From: Gekko japonicus
Taxonomy: Eukaryota
Direction: 5' to 3'
Assembly (NCBI RefSeq): GCF_001447785.1
Contig: NW_015177038.1
Location: 575,300-639,299 of the forward strand
DNA: 64,000 bases
The notes under the pieces are model-generated. The model was not told the DNA's origin and did not search any database. It saw only the letters and a program-made list of their open reading frames with translations. A program made the position numbers and the translations under genes. Numbering within the stretch: the stretch's first letter is position 1; every line of letters starts with the position of its first letter. Below, one piece after another: positions 1 through 12,899 of the stretch.

Positions 1-1579
1 GAGAAATATATACTTGGCTCATTCCTAACAAAGCTAAGCACAGAAGCAGCAGTCTTGAAAGGGCTTAATAGTGGGCTATATACCGTTCCCCTGAAGGAAT
101 GGCTGCAGCTTAAAGGATGCCATGAGGCTTTCAGAGATATCGGTATCATGTTAGATCTTTCACTTTTTGGCCCTGGTGTGAATAGAGCCAGGAAGGCAGC
201 ACAGGGGCCCTGCAGAACAGCCCCATCTGCATGCGGAAGTGTGAAGGAAGAAAAACCCTCAGCCACGGGCAGCAGGATTTCACACACAGCTCGAGGAGCA
301 TTTCCAGTGACCACAGGAAGCAGGAAGGGAGCTTTCATCTCTTTACTTCCTTTATACCTCGATTTTCTGCCCAATGGGGGACCCAGAAAGGCTGACATCA
401 TTCTCCTCTCTCCTGGTGAGGTAAAATTAGTCTGAGAGTATGTGACCGTGATTACCCAGCAAGCCTCCATGGCAGAGTGGGGATTCAAACTTGGGTCTCA
501 TACATTCTAGTCCAACACTCTGGCCTCTCATAGGAAAACACACACAGAATTCCAGCGGCACCTTAGTTTTCTGCAGCAGACTAGTCCTCTGGGGACAATT
601 CCTCTCACAGAGCACTCCAAGAAGGGCCTCTGCTGCCTAGCTCAGTATTTAGTTTCCCAGAAGTGGACCACCAGAGGCCTCAGGAGGTGGCTACAGGAAG
701 GGTTTGACATCGAAGTCCCATGGCGGAACCTCTGAACCCCAGTGCCAGGAGGCCACATCAGGGGAAGAGGCCTTGGCCTCTATGCCGTGTTGTACACACT
801 CCAGAGTAACGGTTGACTGCTGTGAGAGACATGATGCTGGATTAGATGGGCCACTGGTCCTCCACATTCTTATGTTTCGCCCTGGGTACAGGGTGGCACC
901 TTCCCAATTCCGTTTAATGAACATTGTCCCCACCCTGCCACTGGAGGCAGAATACCTGCGGGGAAGGGAAACACTTCTACCTATTGGAATGATCTCACTC
1001 CCCATTAATCAGGAGAGTGGAAGATGAGCGAGGTATTAAGCTCTCAAGTAATTTCACTCTAGGCTGTGGCTCCGTGGCCAAACACCATCACTACATGCAG
1101 AAGGCCCCAGGTTCTTAACAACCCAACATCTCCAGTTCAGGGTTCCCATACAGGAGGAGTTGGGAAAGATCTTTATCTGCCTAAGATCCTACAGGACCAC
1201 TGACAGTTACAGTTATCAATTCAGCAACTACTATGCTGCCTCTCCAAGGAACTTGCCTCAGGCGGCTTACAAAAGAAAGTGCAATACAAAACAAAGCATC
1301 TAAACATCATTAAATTAAAATCCAGCATTACAGCAGACTGCAGACCAGCAGACTTCAACCCCTTTGGACCCAGGAAGTGTCTTTTCGTGGGACATATCCT
1401 CTACTTCCCAGGCAGCAGCACGGGAACCACTGAGCTACAAGTGTGTGACATCAAAGTCCCATGACAGGAAGAGAAGGAACCAATTATATAACCTGACCTG
1501 TGTCAAGGAAAGAACTGCAGACAGCTGACCAATAAGGACAGGAAGCATACTGTAGTGAGCAACAAGCTAGCACGGGGGA

Positions 1580-1830
1580 GGGGGGAGATTGGACTGATAC
1601 CCCGCCCTTCACTCGGAGTCTCAGAGCGGTTTACCATCTCCTTTCCCTCCCCCTCCCCACAACAAACACCCTGTAAGGTAGGTGGGGCTGGGAGAGCTCT
1701 TTCAAGAACTGCCCTTTCAAGAACAGCTCTGACAGAACTATGGCTTGCCCAAGGTCATCCAGCAGCCGCAAGTGGAGGAGTGGGGAATCAAACCTAGTTC
1801 TCCCAGATTAGAGTCTGCACACTTAACCAT
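1580..1830 (-). mobile_element. tRNA-derived squamate SINE (Squam3-like); further copies at ~11846-12030, 25216-25452, 25936-26130, 34485-34752, 52118-52330, 58207-58482
   Basis: Recurrent motifs ATACCCCGCCCT...CCCAAGGTCA...AACCACTACACC shared among copies; the reverse complement gives a TGGTGTAGTGGTTAAG A-box-like and GGTTCGATTCC B-box-like head. Confidence 0.7.
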
Positions 1831-1832
1831 TA

Positions 1833-2030
1833 TTTGTTGTTGTTCAGTCGCACAGTCGAGTCCGACTCTTCGCGACCCCATGGACCAGCTCCCGCCAGGC
1901 CCTCCGGTCTTCCGCCATCCTCTGAAGTTTGCTCAATTTCATGTTTGTTGCATCTATGACACTGTCTAACCATCTCATCCTTTGCCGTCCCCGTCTTCTT
2001 CGACCTTCAATCTTTCCCAGCATCAGGCTG
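1833..2030 (-). mobile_element. RTE/BovB LINE 3' fragment
   Basis: Translates to LMLGKIEGRRRRGRQRMRWLDSV...RRAWRELVHGVAKSRTRL, the BovB ORF C-terminus, followed by a CTGAACAACAAC tail. Confidence 0.9.
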
Positions 2031-2184
2031 CTTGCATTACAGACTGGATACTTCCATCTGTCACCCAATGCTTCTCTCCTACACTTGCCACACCAGAACC
2101 CCTTTTTTCCTCCAGAAGATCAACTTTCTGGGGAAGAGGTCTATGACAAAACATATGCACAGAGCACCGAGAAGGTCAAATGGA

Positions 2185-2390
2185 CACATGGAGCTGCCTC
2201 GTGGTGACTCAGACTATTGGTCCATCAAGGTCAATATTGTCTGCTCAGACTGGCAGCGGCTCTCCAAGGTCTGTACGCAGAGGTCTTCCTCCCCAGCACA
2301 CAGTACCTGATACTTTAAACTGGAGACGATGGGGACTGTACCTGGAACCTTCTGTGTGCAAAGCAGAGGTTCTTCCACCGAGGCAGGGGT
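2185..2390 (-). mobile_element. tRNA-derived SINE, second family (Squam2-like); further copies at ~1060-1210, 25480-25660, 28780-28975, 33010-33215, 36855-37010, 38560-38770, 47195-47378, 47750-47945, 51908-52110
   Basis: Shared GGCTCAGTGGTAGAGCA...CATGCAGAAGGTCCCAGGTTCAA head and ATAAGGCAGCTTCAT tail across copies. Confidence 0.65.
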
Positions 2391-2596
2391 GAGCCAGGCC
2401 ACGCTCAGCAGAGGAAAGAGAAAGCAAAGCCAAGTTGTATTTGTGTAGCGGTGGGGGGTAACCTAAACCTACCCACCCTAACAGAATCCCCTCCCACCAC
2501 TTGAGTGAGCCTGCCATCCTGAGCAGGAGGTATGCCGCCTTCACTCTTGATGCACGTGCACACCAGCAGCAGGTCCTTACAAAAAGCAGCACTCAC

Positions 2597-2679
2597 ACCA
2601 CAAACAGGCAGTTCTATAGGTCCTTGCGACTCAGCGGCAGATGGGGTTCCAAGACCCACTTGAAGGTCAGACCCCTGAG
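2597..2679 (-). CDS. possible internal exon of gene A (AQGSDLQVGLGTPSAAESQGPIELPVCG)
   Basis: TCTTCAG acceptor, GTGAGT donor, open in phase 1 with the KRAB-A exon; no domain match. Confidence 0.3.
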
Positions 2680-2965
2680 CTGAAGACCACCGGAGTTCAC
2701 AAGAACGAGTTAGCTGGAACAATTAAGACAGCTTCCAACGTGCTTTGCCTCCAGATAAGCTTATACTATTACACAAAGGAAATGCGCATACGTGGATTTG
2801 TGCAATCTGCTCAACAGGTTTTGCAGCTGCTTGGATTGCTGCTTCTTTAGAATGTATATATCCTGAGGAGGAATGCTGCATAGAACGCCTTACGCATGAC
2901 GGACAGGTTCTTCAAATTGTGGTCAGCACTAGAACCCAAACCAGGAAAATTCCAGAGAGAGGCTG

Positions 2966-3737
2966 TGTAATGATTTCATGTTTAACTCTGTGTGTGTGGC
3001 TTTAAAAGTTTGGTTTGCATGGCTGTGATGATAATCTAGAGTGCTGGAATCAGGCAAGTGATATGATTGGTGAGTGACAGAGAGGGGGAGGGGTTTTGGA
3101 ATGGATGCTGTGTGGAGGATTTGAATGTCTATCAAGAGGGTCAGTTAGATATGACAGTTGAAGATCAGTTAAGTTCTGATTTCTGTGAGAGAAGCAGAAG
3201 TTCTGTGTATGAGAGGAGTGAGACCCATCCCTGTGTGGGATGAGTTTAGTTCTGGGGTCTGAAGGAGAGACCTTCTTGTGTGTGATATGAGAGTTAAGTG
3301 CTGTGTCTGAAAGAAAGTGACAAGCAGTTCAGTGTTGAAACAGTTATAAGCTGAGTGTCTAGGAAACAGTAAATATTATATGGACATGAAGGAAAAAGTG
3401 TTACAAAGTTACCTAAGGAAAAATCCCTGTCAGTAGGGAGCAGACTGTGTGTTATACCTACTTTACTAGTTACATGGTTCTACCCTCGTATTTATGCTTT
3501 CTTTAAATAAATCCTATTTCATTCAAGTATACCAGCTCTGGAAAGAATCCTTTCTCAGACCACATAGTTCCTCGAAAGCTTAAACCCTCAATATACCTGT
3601 ATCCAGTGATGAATATAATATTATAATGGTTTGGAAAGCCTTAAATTTCCTGGTGGCAGCCGTATTACCCAGTAGAGAAAAACATAAAGAACACTTTTAA
3701 AGGGAAACCAGACCTCCCCAGTAAAGGGGTCGTCACA
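2966..3737 (+). mobile_element. solo LTR (772 bp, Gypsy/ERV type)
   Basis: Termini TGTAATGA...TCGTCACA, 5-bp TSD GGCTG (2961-2965 and 3738-3742), internal AATAAA. Confidence 0.8.
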
Positions 3738-5243
3738 GGCTGCTTCCACACAGAGACTATTCTCTGTGAAGTCCCTATTGCTGCAAATGCAGAAGCATTC
3801 ACAGAACATGCATGTGACATATTTCCCAGCACTCTTCTTGCCTCGGATCCCCGTGATCACCATTTCTTCCACACACCACTTTTTTTAAAATGAGGAACTG
3901 CTAACTTGCTATAGCATTATCATGATCTATTGGTCCCTGGCTTTCATTTAAAAAAAATTAAGTCTCTGGCCCTTTTGGTTGTAGAGTTATAAGGGCAAAT
4001 GTGCAGCTTGCACTTTCCCCCTTAACTCCACAACAATAAAGAACTACAGACTGGGGAAAAGGTGGGAGCCAGTAGTTCATAACCAGAGAATGTTCCATAA
4101 TGCTTTAGCAGTGCATCAATCATCGATTTTTAAAAACAGCCTAGAAAAGGCATCCAGTGGCACAGGGCAAAATGGCAACCATGGGGGCAGGATCAGCAAA
4201 AATGCACACCTTTCCAACCATACGGCATCCAAAGGCACTTTGACTACAATTAAGCTAGTAACAAACCAGTTCTGGGCAAGGGAGAAAAAACATAGAAGCA
4301 GGGTCAATTTAGAAGACAACGGCATGCCGATGCTTCCAAAAGCAGCACTGCTATAAAGCAGCCAAGGCGGAGAAAAACATCTGCGTGAAAGAAGCCAGGG
4401 TGCCTGAGTGTCCAGGATCTTGATGCAAATTACTTCTATCCAGGCTCTCAACGGTATTTGGGAATCTGAACATTCAAAAAGACAACTTAAGCAACACTGA
4501 GAGCAAATGCAGTGTTGGGTAGGGACAGAGTATGAACTATAACCTTGTTAACTGCCAATTCAAATCTCATCTCCAACATAAATTCACCGAGTGGGCTTAG
4601 GAGAGCTGCCATCCTTTGGCCCACCTCAACCCCAATGTATAACATGACAACACCGCTGATCTACCCAATAAGGCTTTTTTTTAAAGTACATTTTCAGTAC
4701 ATGAAGCTGATTACTAAAATGAATGTCAATTAATATGCCAAGGGGCTCCACAAGTCCACCGGCTACATCATCAGTGAAGTTGGCCCACTCCATCAGCTGC
4801 AAGTGCCAGTCATGAAGCCCTCCATGAATTGCAGAAGACTTGGCCCATGTAGGGGTCAGTCTTCCCATTGGCTTTGCAGAGTCAGTGTAGGAGCCCTTCA
4901 CATCACTTCCAGAAGCCCCATGCCAAGTGAAGCCAAGCCAACCACTCCCCAAAATCCTCCATCACGTACAGGGGACAGTCTCCTCTCACTGGTCACCAGG
5001 CTTCTGAGAAGGAAAGAAGCCAAAGAAGTCCCTCTAGCCAGATCTTCTTGAAAGATTCATTCTGCCCTCCAGAGGCTGGTATGATGGGAAAGATCCTGCC
5101 TCTTTGCCCATTATACTATTGGGGTTATGATTTCTGTGTATATTTGGGGGGGGAAGAGGATTTGGTAACCTGTCTTAGGCCAAGAAACCAAGTGCAAAAG
5201 GAGCTCAGTACGAAATGGAAAGGAGGTGGAAATGCATCCTTAC

Positions 5244-5331
5244 CAAGAGACATCAGTGTCTCGTAGCTCTCCTGCATGACATCTCGATACAAGGCCCTCT
5301 GACGTGGGTCCAGATACACCCACGGCTCCAT
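5244..5331 (-). CDS. gene A: coding part of KRAB-A-type exon (exon 5367-5244), MEPWVYLDPRQRALYRDVMQESYETLMSL
   Basis: C-terminal half of KRAB-A; acceptor CCTCCTAG, phase-1 donor GTAAGG; ATG in TCCGCCATGG context; in-frame TGA upstream within the exon. Confidence 0.8.
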
Positions 5332-5550
5332 GGCGGAACGGAGGTCTTCTCAGAAGCCCACCAGCACCTAGGAGGCAGAAAAGGAATCACACTCAATACA
5401 TAGAACATCAAAACAGCAAATTATGCATGAACAGCTCACACAACTCATAGCTAAGAGGTGGTGCCCTATTAGGGGCCACAAAGACTACATGGGATGGAGA
5501 CTGGCTGTGAAACTCCTATTGAAAAATTACAGACTACTATAAGAACCCTG

Positions 5551-5758
5551 GCCCTGACCCGGATAGCCCAGGCAACCCCAATTTCACAGATCTCAGAAGC
5601 TAAGCAGGGGTTCGCCCTGGTCATTATTTGGATGGGAGACAACCAAGGAATACCTGGGTCGCTACACAGTGGCAGGCAATGGCAAACAACCTCTTTTCGT
5701 CTTTTGCCTTGAAAGCCCTACGAGGTCACCATGTCAGCTGCAACTTGACAGCAAAAAA
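5551..5758 (+). mobile_element. 5S rRNA-derived SINE; further copies at ~6150-6342, 9175-9315(-), 16412-16612, 16641-16822, 26912-27085, 32625-32820(-), 44055-44115, 56150-56315(-), 63175-63362
   Basis: GATCTCAGAAGCTAAGCAGGG...TTGGATGGGAGAC matches the 5S internal control region; non-5S tail GGCAATGGCAAAC...GCCTTGAAA...ACTTGACAGCA. Confidence 0.8.
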
Positions 5759-7149
5759 GGATAAGAATCCTGAGAAACCCAGGTTTCCATCCAAAAATAA
5801 CGCCCCCCACAACTTTCTAGACCTCATGGTTAAAAGATGAACATGAACATCCAGTGATGAACCCCCAATTCCCACCTCCCATATTCTTCCCCCCCCCACA
5901 CACTATGCACAAAGAAATTCTGTTCTATATGATATCCAAAACTCTTCCTCCAAATGAACCACCAGTCAAATTCTTCATGAATCCATACAGTTTGTTCCAA
6001 CGGTATGAACAGAAATGCACAGACAGCAAAGGTTATGACCTGCCTTAATATCTATCGAGAGCTAAAGAAACAGATTTTCTTCCCCGATCATATCAGAATA
6101 TTGCTAACAAACAGCAAATTAAATGGACAAGTAGAGAGTTGACAGACCAGCCTATCTGAGCTTCTCAGAGCTTGGAAGCAAAGCAGGATTGGGCACAGTT
6201 AGTACTTGGATGGGAGACCGCCACAAAAGACCTGGGTTGCTATGCAGAAGAAGGCAATGGCAACCCACCTCTGCTCATCTCTTGCCTTGAAAACCCCATG
6301 CTTCTAGGATCACCATGAGTTGATTGCAGCCTGAAGGCATACAATCATTGTATTACAGAATGTGATTCAAGCCCTCTGGCAGGGATTTAGAAAAACCATT
6401 TTGCAATGTACCAGAAGTTTCAATAGGTTCCCTGTTCTCATAGGGGTGGTTCAACACACAATAGACACAAGGGCATGCTTAAGGCTGTGTCTTCTAACTG
6501 GTTCATACAATTACCAAATAGTTAAGAGGTGCCTGGGTATTTGCAAAACAAGTACTCAAGGCATTACTAGAAAAGTGTGAAAATGGGACATTGTTTACAT
6601 TTGAACAGCTGAACTACAGGCAACCGTGGAAGTTCTGCCTCAAAATTTCAAGAGGCCACTCTTTTTGAAGAGACAGGCAAAGCCCAAATTCAGATCAACA
6701 CACAACACAGAGGGAGAAAGCCTCTTCCTATTGCACTGTCTAATCCAAAATGGCCACGCAAAGTTCAATTTGCCTCTTGGGGCAAACACAGATGCCACAA
6801 AACACCCATAGGTTCCCCCAAACATGGCACATAGGAGCTTCACAGAGGCTCTTGGAAAATGGGTTGCTCACACACACACATCCTGCAACAAATTGGGGGG
6901 GGGGGGTTAAGCAGCATCCACCTATTATGTAACAAAAGATGCTTGGGGGCTCCAGATGTAAAACACCCATTGTCCCGTATGCTTTGATACATGGCTTTCT
7001 ATAGCTAATTTCATCACAGCATTTGAACTGTATTGGGCTGTGTCCTCTACATTACATTTTTGATACATTTGTCTACGATTGATTTGGTTTTTGTTGAGCA
7101 CAGCTCATTTTCTTTGATACTAACAGTAGCAGATACAATTTTAAGAAAA

Positions 7150-7260
7150 ATCCTTTACTCAGCTTCTCCAGCAATGGTAGATCAAGAAACACCCTAAACT
7201 CTTCACGGAATCAACAAGGGATAGATTCATCCCCATCCAAAGTGGGCGGCACAATCCCTT
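7150..7260 (-). mobile_element. old L2 LINE ORF2 fragment (another L2 remnant at ~42640-43080)
   Basis: Degenerate translation resembles PTLDG...LVDSVKSLGVFLD, typical of L2 ORF2. Confidence 0.55.
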
Positions 7261-7576
7261 CTAGAATGTCAGCCTTACCAACACCAGCATCACCACCACC
7301 CTGAGTTCACTTTCCCCTTTACTAAAAGTGCCCAACACTCCAGCAGAGAGCAAAGCAAACTAAAAGTGCAACAGAATGACGTCAAACGAAACTCCCCCCA
7401 CTCCAATTTTCTGAGCACACGGAAACTAGGCCTGGCTGATGCTCAAAAGAAATGATGCAGACAACAAAAATGCCTCTTCATAAATGCTGAGGGCACCTTC
7501 TCAAATATCCTCACGCTTTTGAAACAAATTTTAACCCGCAGAGCACTAGGAATCACGGGTTAAAAGACTCTAGTAG

Positions 7577-9041
7577 TTGGACTTCCGGTTTTGTCGCTTC
7601 AACGATGGCCGCGTCTTCTCGGAGCTCCGAGAGATGTGTGCTGTGAATTAGTGGCCGGGGGGGGGGCTGCGATGGTCCGCATCCCCCCCTGGAGCTCCGC
7701 GAGTGGGCTCCTAGCCATGGGGCTTATGGAGAGTGGCCTCTTCGCCAGCACGTTGCTGGGGAATTGAGGCGCTCTTCTGCCCCGACAGTCCGGCTGCTAT
7801 GCGTCCGAATGGAACTAGAGCTGCTGATCGGGACAAGCGTTGGAGATCGAGCGTTTAAAATGTAATCTGAGCAAGGTCTTATGACCAACAACAAACAGTG
7901 AGTTGAGTAAAAGCGAAATACCAGCAATTTAAAAAGCCAGCCCCCCCCCCCGGAACGGCGAGAAAAGCGAGCAGGGGAGGGGGCCCTCCCCCCCGCATAA
8001 ACTAAAAAACAATTTATCAAGGGGGGCGCGGAGGTGGGAGATGGAGCTATGAGCGGCAAACGACTAGAGCAGGGAACATTTTCAGAATAAAAGCGGCTAC
8101 AAACCTTTGAGACTTTGGCATGTTTTATCGGTGAATGTAAACAATCCCCCAAGATGGCAAGAAGATGTGCGGAGGGAGGCGGGGCCCAAGCTTCTTCAGG
8201 AAGAAGAACGGGTAGGTCAGATGACCAACCATAGATTCTTCCCCAACCAAATCGGGTGACATCTGCTGGCCGAATGGAAGCGGTTTCTAAAGGGACAATT
8301 TCTTTTGCAACGGAGAGGCGTGGTGCCATGGATCAGGGCAAATGCGGAACTGTATGAAAAGCTTGAAACTTGTCGAAGCTTTAGCGGGATGGACTGGTGA
8401 ATAGACTAGCAAGCAGGCTGAAAAGCGGATAAATGGAGTGGAGGACTGATAGCGGTTTTAAAGTCTGCAAGCTAATGGAGTGGAAACAAGCGCATGTCCG
8501 ATGGAATAAATAAGTGCATGGAATTAATAAGCATACGTCCGCATGTCCGATGAAATAAAGAGAGACTCTTTGATCCAAGGCAAATGAGGAGGCGTGGACT
8601 ATTCCTGGAGAGGCAGTACGCAGTAGACGGCCAGTACAGAAGATGATGAGACAACATGGAAAGAAGAGGATAGAGAGGCGTGACTGTTCGGGCTGAGGGA
8701 ACTGTGGGCTCATAAATGCTGGTTCTTGGGGGAAGGAGGGCTGTTGCCATTGCCTTTAAAGGGTTTTGTTTTATGTTTGATAACACGGGAATTGTTCTCT
8801 GTCTAGTCTTAATAAGCGAGTTATGTTAACTGAGATGATGATTAGGTGAACTCCTCATCCTGGAATGCAACTGCTAAAGAGTAACAATATTTTCTATAAT
8901 ATTTTGCAAGTAGATTTTGCAAGTAGATTTTCTTTTCTGGTTTCCATAGTTTGTAGTGTTCCCTTCCTTTTTTCTTGGTAGTTTTGTCGTTTATTTAGAA
9001 ATGCAAATTTAAAAAAATCCCCTTCGGGGGGCTTAAAAAAA
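7577..9041 (+). mobile_element. non-autonomous L1-mobilised retroposon, ~1.46 kb
   Basis: 15-bp TSD AAAAGACTCTAGTAG (7562-7576 and 9042-9056), TT/AAAA site, A tail, CpG-rich 5' end starting GGACTTCCGG...GATGGCCGC, no long ORF. Confidence 0.85.
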
Positions 9042-11309
9042 AAAAGACTCTAGTAGCCAAGGGACTTTGACCCAAAACCCTGGAGAGCTCTCCACTTGAA
9101 AAGGCAACCCTGGGTTAGAGGGACCTTTTGCCTGACCCCTGTGTAAGGCAGCTTCTTATGTTCATTAATATAATAATTGTGTGCCATCAAGTCACAACCC
9201 ACCGATGGTGACTCTAGGACCACGGGGTCTAAGGCAAGAGATCAGCAGAGCCGGTTTGCCACTGCTTTGCTCTGCGTAGCAACCCTGGACTTCCTTGGTG
9301 GTCTCCCATCCAGGTCTTCACCACTGCCTACCCTTCCAAGCTCTGGCAAGAGTTCTCATATGGAAGCTAAATAGGAAACCACTTTTGCAAACAGTTTAAA
9401 GCAATTACTGCTACAACTGGCAGACTGGTATTTCCTTGCATCTACACTGCAGCATTTTATATCAGTTTGCTGATACTATTAACCTTTGAAATAATCAACT
9501 GAAACGCTGGATGTTTCGTACGAAGATTGCCAACAGGGTTCGACCAACAAAGCATTTTTTTAAAAAACCCTATACGTAGTTAAAAATATGATTTAACTGT
9601 TACTCTTAGGCCCAGACTCTCCAGAAATTTTGCTTTAGCAGACACTGCAGGCATAGCATTAGCCTTCTCACTGCAAAGTCTAGAACCTTGTTTGTTCAAA
9701 TTTTTGAGGAAAAGAACTGCAAGTAAAGAAATTCCAGACGCTGGCAGGTGCTTCTCGCCGCACTGTGGCCACCGGCACAGAGAATACAGTCCTGCTCTAG
9801 TTTCCCTGGGGGGTGAGCAGCAGTGCTGGATGAGACCAATGGCCTATCTAGTCCAGCATCCTGTTTGCAGCCCTGGCTAGACAGTTGCCATGGGGAAGCC
9901 TACTGCCTGCTCCCCAGCATCTGACAAATGTGCGTGAGAGCAAGAAGTTGATGCACGTTTTGCATGTATGCTGGGGAACACAAGCAAAGGAGAGCAGGCG
10001 AGGGGGGGTGTGCCTTTATGGCTTGGCTTCTCCCTGGTCTCTGTGGTCCCATATCTCTCTGGGATTTCTTTGCCACTTTTAATCCTATGCACACTTGCTT
10101 TAGAATAACCCCTATTGGACACAGCAAGGCTTACGTCTGAGTAAAGATGCATAGGATCAGATTACACCACACGTGTTTATCTGTGGAGACAACCAGGTGG
10201 GATAAAACAATATTACTGAATTTTCCATGCTTAACATTTAAAGAAACATCTGGAGAGGTGTAAAAGGGTGTATCTGCAAAGGACTATTAAGTCCAGAGTC
10301 TAAAATGGCCTAACTGGACCCCCTGTGAGCTCCACAGCCAAGCAGGGCTTTGTGCCCAAATCCCTTGAGTCCAAATGCAGGCTTTAATTCAACCAGACTG
10401 GCCTCAGCAACTAGTTCACGGTTGTGTGTCATGGACTGATTCCAGCCTTCAGTGGGCTTAATCCCCCAAAACAAATGTGTAAACTACTATCACACTGCTT
10501 CTCATTTAAGAGATATATAACAGAAGAGCTATGCAATTCCCAAAAAGGAGGGGTTAAGCAGGCAAACAGCGATCTCCTACTACCCAACCCAGCCCTTTTG
10601 AAACAGATTTGTGGTGTGACAATCTCGATTCAGAGAGGCCGTCCCTCACACAGCCTGCCCTCGATAGCCATGCAATGGTTTGCCAGGCTGGCACCAAGGA
10701 AATCCAAGGAGCCACTCAGGGTGCTATGATCAGAAGTGGGCACAGACAGGAGGCAGCGGAAAGCAGGCTTGCAGCTATAATAACTTCTCTGATCCACACC
10801 ACTGCTGCCAGGGTACAAGGTGAGTTCCGGGGACACTGGAAGAGCTGTACGGTTCATCTTCTCCCCAGACACTGGTGGCACGGCAGGTGGTACCCTAAAC
10901 CCGCCCTCCCCCAACCCTGTATGGCTATCAAGCCCGGCCTGAGCCAAGACCCTGCCAGCTTGCTCCCGACAGGCATACCTGCTTGGGGCACCAAAATACC
11001 TTCAGTCAGGGGCACCGACAACAGACGAACACTTTGCCAGTGTGAGCTGTCATCGTTTATCACTTTCTTTCCAAGGCTGTGCCTTTATCAATGACAACCT
11101 AACCCTCCACCGAAAAACTCCAGGTGTCCTCATTTCCTTATTATGCTTTACCCAGCAGCAGTTAGGGGCAGGGCACTTTGGACTCTGTGCCCCTGCTTAT
11201 CCCACAGAATCCCCCCGAGGTACCTCAGAAGCAATTTAAGTCACTCAATGCTGGAATACACGCCAAGACTTCCAGCAAAAGAGACAGCACCAGCTCCAAA
11301 GGCTGCCTC

Positions 11310-11600
11310 TTCCGCTGTTGAACAGCTCATTGTATTAGAAAGTTCCTCCTAATATTTTGCCAAAATCTAAATTCTGTGTAATGTCTACCAGTTAGTCTGG
11401 AGCGAAAGAAAATGGGTCTTTAACTTCTTCTATGCAGCTGCCCTTCGGGCACTTCATCAGGTTTCCCTTTGGTCTTAACCTTCTCTTCAGGCTAAACATA
11501 CCCTGTTCCTTCAGCGCGTGCTCAGAAGGCTTGCTGTCCAGATCCCTTACCATGCCAATTACCCCACTCCACTTGCACTCTAGTTTGCTAACATCCATCT
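11310..11600 (-). mobile_element. CR1 LINE ORF2 3' fragment
   Basis: Degenerate LKEQGMFSLKRRLR...KGSCIEE..DPFSFAP. Confidence 0.75.
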
Positions 11601-12139
11601 GTGGCCTCTAGCTAACCACTGTGGGAGAACAGGGCTCAGTGAGCCACTCCTTGGATCCAGCCAAGTCTATTCTTATGTTCTTATGAGACACACACCTTCC
11701 TGCAACTGGTCAAATGCCTCACACAGTCCCTCTTCAGATTTTAGCAACTGCACCAGAAAATCTAAACAGTAATGCCACTCTAGACTACTCTAATGCTACT
11801 CGAGATGCAATTTTTAAAAACAACCAAGGTATCTGCATCGTGTTAGAGCCAGCATGGCATAGTTGCTAAGAGCAGCAGACTCTAATCTGGAGAACCGGGT
11901 TTGATTCCCCACTCCTCCACATTAAGTCTGCTGGGCAGACCACAGTTCTCTTCACATTCTCTCAGCCCCACCTATCTCACAAGGTGACTGTTGTAAGGAG
12001 AGGAAGGGAAGGTGACTGTAAGCCCCTTTGAGACTATTACAGGTACAAACAAGGCATAAAGACAAACCATTCTGAGACACTAACACATTTACTGCAGCAT
12101 ATGCACTGTGGACTGGAGCCCATTTCACTGGACACACAA

Positions 12140-12258
12140 ACTGGGCATGCCCACAAAAGCCCATATCAGAACAAGTCAGTCTCAGAGGTCCCAGAGCACA
12201 TTTCACTGGGCATGCCCACAAAAGCTCATATCAGAACAAGTCAGTCTCAGAGGTCCCA
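12140..12258. repeat. two-copy tandem duplication, period 65 bp
   Basis: ACTGGGCATGCCCACAAAAGC.CATATCAGAACAAGTCAGTCTCAGAGGTCCCA at 12140 and 12205. Confidence 0.9.
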
Positions 12259-12899
12259 CCAAACTGCTGGTTTTGGTAAAGGAGAGACCTCTGGAACGTT
12301 AGGACTGGAGATTTACTACTCCTTAAACTGTGCCCCAAACCTACCATCTCACTTCACCTATGAAAGAACCGACCCTTTCTTTCCTATCGTCACCTTCCAA
12401 AGTCTCCTTCATTACTAGAGACTTTTCACAAGCAATTAGCATTCTTGCCTCCATACACCACCAACACCTTCTCATTTCTTTTAACTACAAGACTTCCCTC
12501 CCCCATTTCTTTGGCACAGCACATTTAGTTTACCCAGCTGTACACAAGCACCATCACACAACTTGCAGCAATATTTAAGGCGAAAAATAAGCCCAGACGC
12601 TCCTGGTTTTGGAAAAGGGGAATATGAAAATTAAACAGCAAGGCAGGCAACAGAAGTGGACTGGAGCAAGAGAGGGCTGGCCTGGAGAACCAGCGCTGCT
12701 CGGTGGGTTTATTTATTCCCGTCCATGCCATCCGCAATAAACGAGAACCAACCCGTGCCTCCAGCCAACTGCATCAACAGCTCAGCAATTAAGGGGCGGC
12801 CACAAAAAGTTGTTTGCCTGGGGATTCGACGGGCACCTTAACCCTTAACCTGTCCCGTATAAAGAGAAATTAAAAACTCCTATTGCACGAGCAATTCGG

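Noticed and set aside
870-956. Further minus-strand exon of gene A after a CCCCGCAG acceptor
   Set aside because: Stop in phase 0 and no good donor in other phases
5580-5660. Functional 5S rRNA gene (and other similar copies)
   Set aside because: Diverged, lacks the 5S termini, and is fused to a common SINE tail
7724-8329. 201-aa minus-strand ORF
   Set aside because: Antisense to a GC-rich retroposon; low complexity with no recognisable domain
12140-12258. CRISPR-like repeat-spacer arrangement (also 46471-46612)
   Set aside because: Only two copies each in eukaryotic DNA; simple local duplications
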